In this document: piece by piece, positions 47,707-56,810 of the stretch
Layout: each line of letters opens with the position of its first letter
How positions within the stretch are numbered: position 1 is the first letter of the stretch
Program-made: the position numbers and the translations under genes
The notes under the pieces: generated by a model
Told to the model about the DNA's origin: nothing
The model's database searches: none
What the model saw: the letters and a program-made list of their open reading frames with translations, nothing else
Source of the DNA: an uncultured Actinomycetes bacterium
GTDB taxonomy: Bacteria > Actinomycetota > Thermoleophilia > UBA2241
Length of the DNA stretch: 64,000 bases
NCBI GenBank assembly: GCA_963767005.1
Contig: CAVYCN010000006.1
Coordinates: forward strand, 1-64,000
Direction: 5' to 3'

Positions 47707-49016
47707 GCGAGGCCGGCATGATCGACTACGCCCACGGCTTTCGCGTGCACGACGACCTCTGCGACGGCTGCCTGGCCTGCATGCGCCTCTGCCCCACCCA
47801 GGCGATCAGGGTGCGCGACGGCAAGGCCAGGGTGCGGGCCGAGCTCTGCATCGACTGCGGCTCCTGCCTGAAGGCCTGCACCCGCGGGGCCATCACGGCC
47901 ACCACGAGCACGCTCGACGAGTTCGCCGACTACGCCTTCAAGGTGGCGATCCCCTCGCCGGTGCTCTACGGCCAGTTCCCGCGCGAGGTGCGACCGGCGC
48001 ACATCGTCCAGGGCCTGCTCAGGGCCGGCTTCGACGCCGTCTGGGACTACGGCATCGAGCTCGGCCTGACGACGCGCGCGATCGCCGACTACGTCGACGA
48101 CTGGGAGGGCCCGCGCCCGCTCGTGAACATGAACTGCCCGGTGATCATCAGGCTCATCCAGGTCTCGTACCCGCGCATGGTCGACCAGCTCCTGCAGATG
48201 CAGCCGCCCCGCGAGCTCGCCGGCCGCGAGATCAAGGCGCGGTACTCGCGCGAGCTCGGCCTGCCGCCCGAGCGCATCGCGGCGATCTACGTGACGCCCT
48301 GCCAGGCGCGCACCATCTCGATCATCCAGCCGGCCGAGGGCGGCCGGAGCTCGCTCGACGGCACGGTCGGAATCCCGCAGGTCTACAACGCCATCCTCGA
48401 AGAGGCGCGGCGCCTGTCGGAGGCCGGCGAGCAGCCCGCCGAGACCTCACTCGTGCGCTCGTCGGGCATGCTGCGCTGGGCCACGCCGCGCGCCTTTCCC
48501 TACGCGCTGCGGCGCCACCGCTACCTGCCGGTCACCGGCCTGTCCAACGTGATCCGCGTGTTCGACGACGTCGAGCGCGGCAAGCTCAAGGACATCGACT
48601 TCCTCGAGTGCTACGCGTGCTGGGCGGGCTGCGGCAACGGCAACCTCACGGTCGACAACGTCTACGTCGGACAGGCCAAGCTGCAGACGATGATGGCCGA
48701 GCTGCCGACGACCGATCCTGTGACCCAGGCCGACATCGAGCGGCGCTACCCGCTCGAGGACTTCACGCTCGAGTTCCCCTTCGCGCCGCGCCAGCGCCCC
48801 GACTCGGGCTCGCTGCGCGACCGCGTGAGCCGGGTGAAGCAGGCCGAGGAGATCCTCGCCCTGCTGCCGGGCTACGACTGTGGCCTGTGCGGCTGCCCGT
48901 CGTGCCTGACCCTCGCCCGCGACGCGGCGGCCGGCGAGGCCGCCGCGACCGACTGCGCCGTGCTGTCGACGCAGCGCATGCGCGAGCTCCGCCGCCTCCG
49001 CCGGCGCGCCTCCTGA
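47703..49016 (+). CDS. [FeFe]-hydrogenase-like Fe-S protein with degenerate H-cluster motifs (putative sensor)
   Basis: N-terminal 2x[4Fe-4S]; NMNCP, TPCQAR, ECYACWAGCGNG; C-terminal LPGYDCGLCGCPSC. Confidence 0.8.
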   Translation: MSEAGMIDYAHGFRVHDDLCDGCLACMRLCPTQAIRVRDGKARVRAELCIDCGSCLKACTRGAITATTSTLDEFADYAFKVAIPSPVLYGQFPREVRPAHIVQGLLRAGFDAVWDYGIELGLTTRAIADYVDDWEGPRPLVNMNCPVIIRLIQVSYPRMVDQLLQMQPPRELAGREIKARYSRELGLPPERIAAIYVTPCQARTISIIQPAEGGRSSLDGTVGIPQVYNAILEEARRLSEAGEQPAETSLVRSSGMLRWATPRAFPYALRRHRYLPVTGLSNVIRVFDDVERGKLKDIDFLECYACWAGCGNGNLTVDNVYVGQAKLQTMMAELPTTDPVTQADIERRYPLEDFTLEFPFAPRQRPDSGSLRDRVSRVKQAEEILALLPGYDCGLCGCPSCLTLARDAAAGEAAATDCAVLSTQRMRELRRLRRRAS

Positions 49017-49182
49017 CCTCACCGGCTTCTCGCCCGAGCCGGCGCGCCGCCTGACCCGCCGGCTTCTCGCCCTACACGCCTACACGGCGACGCCGACCTT
49101 TGTAGCGGCAACTCCTGGCCCGGCGGCGCGCCGCCCGCGCACACCGACGCCGCACCCGCCAACGACCGCCGACGTCCGACTT

Positions 49183-49199
49183 TCACAGCGGACTCTCAG
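49183..49199 (+). promoter_or_regulatory. Possible OmpR/MprA-type direct-repeat binding site
   Basis: TCACAG-N5-TCTCAG upstream of the flavinylation cluster. Confidence 0.35.
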
Positions 49200-49292
49200 C
49201 GATTCTTCATGCGGCCTTCATGCCGGCCGTCCATCTACAGACAAGCCGAACGCGCCGCCACAGGCGCACGACGAGAGAGGCTGGTCGCACAC

Positions 49293-50699
49293 ATGAGCAA
49301 CGACTGGGACAGCGGCGCCCTGGAGGCTGTCGACGAGCACGTGATCGCGCGGGCGCGTCAACGCGCCCGCGCGACCGTCGCGCCGAAGCCCAACCGGATG
49401 TGGGGCACCGTCTTCCGCGTGCTCGCCTGGCTCGGCGGCATCGTCACGCTGGGTCTCGTCGCTCCGACCGTGTCGCCCCGGGACCTGTCCCTGCCGGGCG
49501 GCCTGGCCACCGACCTCGGCCGCGTGGCCGGCATGGTCGGCACCTACCTGCTCATGATCACGGTGCTGCTCATCGGCCGCATCCCGGCGGTCGAACGGGC
49601 GCTCGGTCAGGACACGCTCGTGCGCTGGCACCGGCGCCTGGGACCCTGGGTGATCGGCCTGCTCGTGGCCCACGGTCTGCTGATCACGCTGGGCTACGCC
49701 CAGGCGGTGCGCAGCGGCCTGCTGCACGAGGTCGCGACGCTGATCACCCACTTCCCCGGCATGCTGGGCGCGGTCGTCGGTCTCGGCCTCATCGTGACGG
49801 CCGGCGTCACCTCGTACCGCAACGTGCGCAAGCACCTGCGCTATGAGACCTGGTGGACCGTGCATCTCTACACGTATCTGGCCATGGCGGTCGCCTTCAG
49901 CCATCAGCTCGCCACAGGCGCGCCGTTCCTGGGCCACCCGCTGGCGCGCGCCTACTGGATCGCGCTGTGGCTGCTCACCGCCGGCGTCGTGCTCTCGTAC
50001 CGGGTGCTGCTGCCGCTGGGCCGCAGCCTCTGGCACCGGCCGCGCGTGGCCCGCGTCGAGCAGCACGCGCCCGGCGTCGTGTCGGTCGTCGTGCGCGGGC
50101 GCCACCTGAACGACCTGCCGGTGAGCGGCGGTCAGTTCATGAACTTCCGCTTCGGACGCAGCGGCCTGTGGTGGCGCGGTCACCCGTACTCGGTCTCGGC
50201 CCTGCCGGCCGGCAACGAGATGCGGATCACGGTCAAGGCCTCGGGTGAGCACAGCGCGGCGCTGGCCGAGCTCGAGCCGGGCACGCCGGTGGCGATCGAG
50301 GGTCCCTATGGAGCCTTCACCCACCACGTGCGCGAGACCGACCGCGTAGTGCTGGTCGGCGCCGGGGTCGGCGCGACCCCGGTGCGGGCCCTGCTCGAGG
50401 ACCTGCCACGGCGCGTCGACGTGGTCGTCATCCTGCGCGCCTCGAGCACCCGCGACCTCGTGCTGCGCGACGAGATCCGGCGCCTCGTCGAGCTGCGCGC
50501 CGGCCGCCTGTACCAGGTCGTCGGACCGCGCGAGCAGCGCCCGCTCGACGCCGGCCACCTGCGCCGCCTGGTGCCCGACATCGCCCAGCGCGACCTGTAC
50601 GTCTGCGGTCCGCGGGGCTTCACGGCGCGGCTCATCGACCAGGCTCGGGTGCTGGGCGTGCCCGAGGGCCGCATCCATCACGAAGACTTCGCGTTCTAG
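49293..50699 (+). CDS. Ferric-reductase-like transmembrane protein fused to an FNR (FAD/NAD-binding) domain
   Basis: WHRRLG, YETWWTVH, HPYS, EGPYG, GAGVGATP, YVCGP, EDFAF. Confidence 0.9.
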   Translation: MSNDWDSGALEAVDEHVIARARQRARATVAPKPNRMWGTVFRVLAWLGGIVTLGLVAPTVSPRDLSLPGGLATDLGRVAGMVGTYLLMITVLLIGRIPAVERALGQDTLVRWHRRLGPWVIGLLVAHGLLITLGYAQAVRSGLLHEVATLITHFPGMLGAVVGLGLIVTAGVTSYRNVRKHLRYETWWTVHLYTYLAMAVAFSHQLATGAPFLGHPLARAYWIALWLLTAGVVLSYRVLLPLGRSLWHRPRVARVEQHAPGVVSVVVRGRHLNDLPVSGGQFMNFRFGRSGLWWRGHPYSVSALPAGNEMRITVKASGEHSAALAELEPGTPVAIEGPYGAFTHHVRETDRVVLVGAGVGATPVRALLEDLPRRVDVVVILRASSTRDLVLRDEIRRLVELRAGRLYQVVGPREQRPLDAGHLRRLVPDIAQRDLYVCGPRGFTARLIDQARVLGVPEGRIHHEDFAF

Positions 50700-50779
50700 G
50701 GGGACCCGATGGCGACGACTTCACACGCAATCACCGGGACCCCCGCCCGCCATGGTCATGACGAAGCGGAGGGACGGTC

Positions 50780-51298
50780 ATGAAACGCAAAGCAGTGGCA
50801 CCGGCGGCGGCCATCGTGGCCACGGCCGTGGGCCTGGGAATAGTGCTCGGGTACCAACCCAGCACCAAAGCGAGCGCGAGCCTGCCCGCGAACATCAAGG
50901 TGGGCTCGACCGCCGGCGTGGGCGCCGGCGCGACCGCCGTCGGCACCGACCAGGCGCTGAGCGGTGGTCTCGGCGACATCCAGGTCAGGGTGAGCGCCCT
51001 GAACGGCAAGATCACAAGCGTCGGCTTGGCCAAGCTCAACGTGCGTGGGCCGCAGTCGGCGCAGATCACCGGCAGCGTGATCCCGCAACTGATCAGCGAG
51101 ACGATGGCGTCGAACGGCGGCTCGATCCAGGCCGTGTCCGGCGCGACCTATACGAGCCAGGCGTACGGGGCCTCGCTGCAGGCCGCGCTCGACAAGATCG
51201 CCGCCACAGGAGGGTCCAATGCAGCTCTCGGAACCGGTAATGGGAACGGTAGTGTCGTTGGCAATCCGGGAGGCGGAGGCGGCTTCGGCGACGACTGA
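50780..51298 (+). CDS. Exported FMN-binding (flavinylated) protein
   Basis: Signal/TM segment; flavinylation motif AVSGATYTS. Confidence 0.88.
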   Translation: MKRKAVAPAAAIVATAVGLGIVLGYQPSTKASASLPANIKVGSTAGVGAGATAVGTDQALSGGLGDIQVRVSALNGKITSVGLAKLNVRGPQSAQITGSVIPQLISETMASNGGSIQAVSGATYTSQAYGASLQAALDKIAATGGSNAALGTGNGNGSVVGNPGGGGGFGDD

Positions 51299-52094
51299 GG
51301 GGCGCCGCGGCGCGGCGGCGATCGCCGCCGCGCCGTCCGGCGACCCGTCCGCCGCCTCGTCCGGCGACCCGTCCGTCGCCTCGTCCGCCGTCGCGGCCGC
51401 AGCGGCCCGGGCGATCGCCGTGCTGCACCACGTCGACGAGGTGTTCAGCACCTGGCAGCCCGACAGCCCCATGAGCCGCGTGCGGCGCGGCGAGATCGAG
51501 ATCGCCGCCGCGCCGCCCGAGCTCGCCGCCGTGCTCGAGCTCTGCCGCACGGCGCGCGACGCCTCGGGCGGCTGGTTCGACCCCTGGTCGATGCCGGGCG
51601 GCGTCGACCCGACCGGCCTGGTCAAAGGCTGGGCCGCCGAGCTCGCCGTGGGCCGGGTGCGCAAGGCCGCCGGCGTCGCCGGCGCGCTGATCAACGCCGG
51701 TGGCGACGTCGCCGTCTGCGGCGAGCCCGCGCCCGGTCAGCCCTGGCGTGTCGGTATCCGCCACCCGCTGGCCGTCGACCGCCTGCTCACCGTGGTCACG
51801 CTCGGCGGGCACGACCGTGCCGTGGCCACCTCGGGCAGCTACGAGCGCGGCGACCACGTGCTCGACCCGCGCTCGGGCGCGCCCGCTGCCGGTCTGCTGT
51901 CGGCCACCGTCGTCGGTCCCGATCTGGCCTTCGTCGACGCCCTCGCCACCGGCCTGTTCGCCTCGGGCGGCCGCGCCCTGCCCCGCATCGCCGGGCTGCG
52001 CGGCTACAGCGCCCTGATCGTGCAAGCCGACGGCACGACGCGAGCCACGCTCGGCTTCCCCGCCACCGAGCTCGCCGAGGTACGAGCGGCGTAA
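51219..52094 (+). CDS. apbE: FAD:protein FMN transferase (ApbE family)
   Basis: VMGT, DPTGLVKGWA, NAGGD, ATSGSYERG.HVLDP, DALATG. Confidence 0.9.
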   Translation: MQLSEPVMGTVVSLAIREAEAASATTEGRRGAAAIAAAPSGDPSAASSGDPSVASSAVAAAAARAIAVLHHVDEVFSTWQPDSPMSRVRRGEIEIAAAPPELAAVLELCRTARDASGGWFDPWSMPGGVDPTGLVKGWAAELAVGRVRKAAGVAGALINAGGDVAVCGEPAPGQPWRVGIRHPLAVDRLLTVVTLGGHDRAVATSGSYERGDHVLDPRSGAPAAGLLSATVVGPDLAFVDALATGLFASGGRALPRIAGLRGYSALIVQADGTTRATLGFPATELAEVRAA

Positions 52095-52198
52095 GGGCCC
52101 ACCGACGCGGTGCTCACAGGGCAGCGCCGGAGCGGCACGCAGCCGGGCCCTGAGACCGCCGCTAAAGGGACGGGGCTGCCCACGCCGATGTAGCCGGC

Positions 52199-52822
52199 GT
52201 GGACACGATCCGCGACACCGACGATCGGCCGGCGCCGCGACCCGACCTCGACGCCTGGGCCGAGGCGCTGCGCAGAGCCGAGGGCGAGCGCGCCGAGCGG
52301 CGCTCGGGGCGCGGCCTGTGGGAACACGCCCAGTGGCCGGTCGCCACAGCGGTCGTCGTCGCGCTCGCCGCGCTGACCTACACCCGCAACGGCTGGATCC
52401 CGTTGCTGTCGGGCGCCGACCTCGGCGCCCACGAGTTCGGCCACATGGTCTTCGTGTGGGCGCCCACGATCTGGTATCAGTTCGCCGGCTCGTTCATGCA
52501 GGTCGCGCTGCCGCTCGCGGTGTGCGCCTACTTCTGGCGTCGCGCCGACCGCTTCGCGGCGGTCCTCACGCTGGCCTGGGCGGCCGAGTCGCTCAACAAC
52601 GTCTCGGTCTATATCTACGACGCCACGCGCATGGTGCTGCCGCTGTTCAACGACGACGGCTCCGGTTCCGGGCACGACTGGCACAACATCCTGAGCGAGC
52701 TCGGCCTGCTCGGCTGGACAGACCCGCTCGCCTATCTGGTGCGCGCCCTGTCGATCGCGCTCTTCGCCGTCGCCTTCGGTTTCGCCCTGCGCGCCCTCGT
52801 GCAGGCGCGACGCGCGGCCTGA
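52199..52822 (+). CDS. Membrane protein with HExxH (M50-like)
   Basis: HEFGH, several TM segments, GHDWHNIL. Confidence 0.7.
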   Translation: MDTIRDTDDRPAPRPDLDAWAEALRRAEGERAERRSGRGLWEHAQWPVATAVVVALAALTYTRNGWIPLLSGADLGAHEFGHMVFVWAPTIWYQFAGSFMQVALPLAVCAYFWRRADRFAAVLTLAWAAESLNNVSVYIYDATRMVLPLFNDDGSGSGHDWHNILSELGLLGWTDPLAYLVRALSIALFAVAFGFALRALVQARRAA

Positions 52823-52865
52823 ACGCTCCCGGCGCGCGGCCTGAACGGCCGCGCGCCCCGTTTGC

Positions 52866-54341
52866 TCAGGGTCGCACGGCGGCCAGCTCGCCTTCGGCCT
52901 CGACGATGATCCGCCCGAGCTCGGCCGCGACCGGCGCCGGCAGCGGTGTCGGCACGTGCGTCTCGAGCAGCCGGACCGCCTCGCGCCGCGCGCGTTCGTA
53001 GACCGTCGTCGCACCGTCGGCGGCCCACTCCTCGCGGACCCGGCGATCGATCAACTGCGAGCGCGACTGGCCGCGCATGCCGCGGTAGGTGTCGTCGTGC
53101 GACAGAAAGTCGCGGAACGGCCCGACCTCGGCGATCACATCGACCGAGAGCGTCTCGTCTGAGACCGGGATCCCGGGCACGCAGAACTTGACCATGCGCG
53201 CGAACTCGGCGTCCATGACGAGCTGTGCGTAGTCGATCGTGACGCCCGATTCCAACATCCCCAGCCCGTAGATCAGGTTGGCCCCTGCCAACGCCGGCAG
53301 CAGGCTGGTGAGGGTCTTCTCGTGACCGGATTGGGCGTCGGCCACCTTGGCGTCGCCCTACGCACCGGCGACCCAGCTCGGCAGCAGGTAGAAGCGCGCC
53401 AGGCAGGCCACCCCGGCGCCGATCATGCCGCACTCGGGGCTGCCCACCGAGGCGCTCGCGAAGCGCAGGTCCATGGCCGTCGTCGAGGAGCCGTAGATGA
53501 CGGGTGCGCCGCGCGTCGTGAGCTGCGCGAGCGTGATGCCGGCCAGCACCTCGGCGTTGTGGGTGACGAGCGTGCCGGCCAGGCTGACCGGCGACGAGCC
53601 GCCGGCCATGGCCATCGACAGCACGTTGACCGGCACGCCGGCGCGCGCCCCCTCGATGATGATGTGACAGGCGTCGGCGACCAGCTTGAGCGGGCTCACC
53701 GGGCAGGTCAGGAACGAAAGCAGCGGGCGCCGGCGTAGCGCTTCGCGGCCGCCGGCGATGGCCGCCGCCATGTCGATCATCGCGCGGGCGCAGAAGCCCG
53801 TGAGCGGACCGATCGTCGCGTGCTTCGTGGTGTTCGCGAAGATCGCCTCGGCGTTGTGCAGCGGCGCGGTGTCGGGCGGCACGTCGTGGGCGCCCAGGGG
53901 CCGCTCGACGACGTCGATCTCGGGCAGCGCGTCGATGATCCTCGTGCAGTCGGCGACGTCGCACTTACGCGACTCGTGCAGCTCGCCGGTCCGCGGGTCG
54001 ACGACCTGGATGCCCTCGCCGAAGTTGGTGAAGCCGACGCGGCCGTCCTCGAGCACGACGTCGCGGGCCGGGTCGCGTCCGCAGAGCACGACCGAGGAAG
54101 GCGCCGAGCGGACCGCGTCTTCGACCAGGTGCGCCGGCAGGCGCACCACGCTCGAGTCGCGGTCGACCTCGGCGCCGGCCGCCGCGAAGATGTCGCGGGC
54201 TTCGCCGTCTTCGACGAACACGCCGGTGCGCGCCAGCACCTCGAGTGTCGCCGAGTGGATCTCGTGCAGCTCGTCGTCGGTGAAGACCTCGAGCCGAAAG
54301 CCGCCGCTCGCTCGCGCGCCGGCCCGCGGGTTGCGCCTCAT
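52866..54341 (-). CDS. mttB: Pyrrolysine-containing trimethylamine:corrinoid methyltransferase (491 aa, Pyl at codon 328)
   Basis: ORFs 53358-54341 and 52866-53345 are one frame joined across TAG 53358-53360: LPSWVAGA-TAG-GDAKVADAQSGHEKT. Also GFTNFGEG, CPVSPL, SMAMAGGSSP, GSSTTAMDL, GSPE, IYGLGMLE. Confidence 0.93.
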
Positions 54342-54396
54342 GGCCGCCTCACCCCTCCCCGGTCACTGGTCGTGCCGCGTCCGATCCGCGCGCGCT

Positions 54397-55803
54397 CTAG
54401 CGCACGCGGCTCGTCGGGGCCGTGCGCTCGCGGAACCGCTCGACGCAGTTGATCGGCAGGTCGAGCACCCGGGCGATGTTCACCTTGGCCTCGATCATGT
54501 TCGCCTGCGCCGGCTGGCTGATCGCGTAGCTGTGGATGCGGCCGAAGCCGTGCTCGTTGCGCACGTCGGTCATGACGACCGGGTCGGACAGGTCGAACGA
54601 CGTCACGCCGAGCCTGTCGGCCACGTACTGCTTGGCCTGCGCGAGACGCATGCCGCGGGTCATCTGCGCGCGAGCGACCAGATCTCCGGCCGCCCGCATG
54701 CCGCCCATGCCCGCCGCCTGCGCATGCGCGTTGTGCATGCCGTGCGGATCGCCCGAGCCCACCTACAAGCCGTCGAGGCGCAGCAGGTCGACGAACGACT
54801 TGGCGGCCCTGCAGACGGCGTCGCCCGGCGGATGCACGAACATCGGCACTGCGCCGACGCCCATGCCGGCGTTCATGTGCACGGGGATCGTGGCGACCGC
54901 CATGCAGGGCTTGACGATGGCGATCGCGCGCGCCACGTTCCAGGCGCAGCTCTTACCGGTGTTCACGTTGACGACCGGGCCGAACATGGTGGCGCCGGCC
55001 TGCTGGGCCAGCAGGAGCTGGTCTTTGGGCCACAGGCCGGCCAGGCGCACGCCCTCGTAGGTGAGCTCGCCGTGCATGCCGAGCACGAACTCGCCCGCCA
55101 TGCCGAGCTGCACGCCGAGGTCGGGGTACTTCTGACGGATGATCGCGGTGGCGCGCAGCGCGGCCAGGAACTCGGGGTCGCCCGAGGCGCCGGTCGTGTC
55201 CCAGTCGATCGCGTCGGCGCCGGCCTCGTACTGCGAATCGGCGAGGTGCACCATGTCGAGGACAGCCATCTCGACCGCCTCTTCTTCGGCCGCCCGCGCC
55301 TCGGCGATCTTGCCCAGCGGCAGCAGCTCGTTCCAGTTGTCGCAGGGGCCGTCCGGTTTGGAGTACAGCCCGAGGTTGGGCATCACGCCGTACTGCAGGG
55401 GCGCCACCGTGGCGAGCAGCGCGTCGTGCATGCACTGCGCCTCGTAGGCGAGGATCGTGCGCACGACCTTGAGCGAGTAGTCGCCGACGCACAGCTCGAG
55501 CAGGTCGGCGCCCATCCACTGCTCGTAGGCCTGCAGATCCTGCAGGCGCGTGGCGTGGGTCTTCATGCCGGTGCCGTCGCAGGAGAGCACGACCTCGTCG
55601 CCCACGTCGACGCCGGTGAAGCGCGCCGGCGAGGCGTAGATGTCGAGCAGGTGGTCGATCTCGTCGGCCGCCAGCGGCGCCACCTTGGCGCGTTTGGCCG
55701 CCGCCTCGGACCCCGCCTCGAGGTCGGCCCTGATCTCGTCGCGGGTCATCCGCACGAACATGCCGTCGGCCATACGCGTCGGCACCCTGGGCTCGCCGCT
55801 CAC
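54397..55803 (-). CDS. mtbB: Pyrrolysine-containing dimethylamine:corrinoid methyltransferase (468 aa, Pyl at codon 347)
   Basis: GTG at 55803 with GGAGG RBS. ORFs 54763-55848 and 54397-54762 are contiguous across TAG 54763-54765: RLDGL-TAG-VGSGDP. Also TRMADG, MPNLGLY..PDGP, DTTGASGD, GEFVLGMHG, GMGVG, RAAGDLVAR. Confidence 0.93.
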
Positions 55804-55946
55804 CCTCGTCCTCCCTCCGCTTCGCCGCCGGCGGGCCATCCGCCACACGACCTGCGACCGCGACGGTCCACCCTGTCCGGCGACCGCGGGTCGTTAACCG
55901 ACCGGTCAATCAGTGCGCGCCTATCATCGCGCCGGCCGGGTCCGTG

Positions 55947-56480
55947 TCAAGGGACATCCGCGCCGCGCGCCGGCTCGAGGCGCACGATGGCCTCGCCCTC
56001 CCACTCGAAGTTCACCTTGTCGACCCGCAGGATGTGCCAGGTCTCGGTGTCGGCGATGCCCTCGATCTTCTCGAGCTCCTCGTTCAGAAACCGGTAGAGG
56101 CCCTCGTTGTCGGGCAGGTGGGCCTCGATCAGGATGTCGAAGGAGCCTGTCGTGTAGCCCACGTATGAGACCGCCTCCATGGCCGCCAGGGCGGCCCCCA
56201 CGCCCTTGGCAAAGCCGCGGTGCACACGGATGCCGACCATGGCATCGACGGGGTAGCCGATCGCGGCCGGGTTCACGCGGGCCATGGGCAGGATCGCCCC
56301 CTGGCTGATGAGGCGCTCCACCCGGTTGCGCGCGGTCGGCTCGGACACGCCCACGGCGCGCGCGATGCTCGCATACGAACGCCGCGAGTTGGCGCGCAGC
56401 AGGCGCACGATGTGGCGGTCGAGCTCGTCGAGCTCGACGACCCCGAACGGCGCCTCGCCCGCCCTGATCACGCCGCCCAC
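55947..56480 (-). CDS. Lrp/AsnC family regulator
   Basis: LDELDRHIVRLLRANSRRSYASIARAVGVSEPTARNRV; TTGSFD. Confidence 0.92.
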   Translation of the reverse strand: MGGVIRAGEAPFGVVELDELDRHIVRLLRANSRRSYASIARAVGVSEPTARNRVERLISQGAILPMARVNPAAIGYPVDAMVGIRVHRGFAKGVGAALAAMEAVSYVGYTTGSFDILIEAHLPDNEGLYRFLNEELEKIEGIADTETWHILRVDKVNFEWEGEAIVRLEPARGADVP

Positions 56481-56662
56481 CCCACTCCCGCGGCTCCGGT
56501 CGCCGGGGCACAGGTCAGGCCGTCGGCGTCGGGCATCGCGTCACCCTTTCGAAAGCTGCAGACATCATCGTCATTCCTTTACGATTCTGTGGACTATAGC
56601 AGCTCGACCACATGAAACAAACGGCAAGTCGAGAGCGTGCCACCGAAAGAAACGATTGTGTC

Positions 56663-56691
56663 TTGACAGCCGCCGGACGGGGTGCCATCGT
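56663..56691 (+). promoter_or_regulatory. Putative sigma70 promoter for the non-Pyl mttB operon
   Basis: TTGACA-N17-CATCGT with an extended TG, preceded by an AT-rich tract. Confidence 0.45.
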
Positions 56692-56810
56692 CCCGAGTCG
56701 GTGGGCCCCGGCGCCTGCGACGCTTCGCTCGGACGCGCATCTCGCACGCGCCGGACGCCCACCGGACCGGTCGCGGCACCGGGCGACCACGCGACAGAGG
56801 GAGACCACCC

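Noticed and set aside
53330-53357. PYLIS-like hairpin after the amber codons (GGGCG..GCCA-AGG-UGGC..CGCCC in mttB; GCAUGC pair in mtbB)
   Set aside because: Hairpins are expected at this GC content and the two share no evident motif. True stops such as thrS and grpE also have UAG-G context. Not supportable without covariation analysis.
52866-55803. mttB and mtbB as nonsense pseudogenes or four separate ORFs
   Set aside because: Each has exactly one stop, both TAG, both at the family Pyl position, with no other decay.
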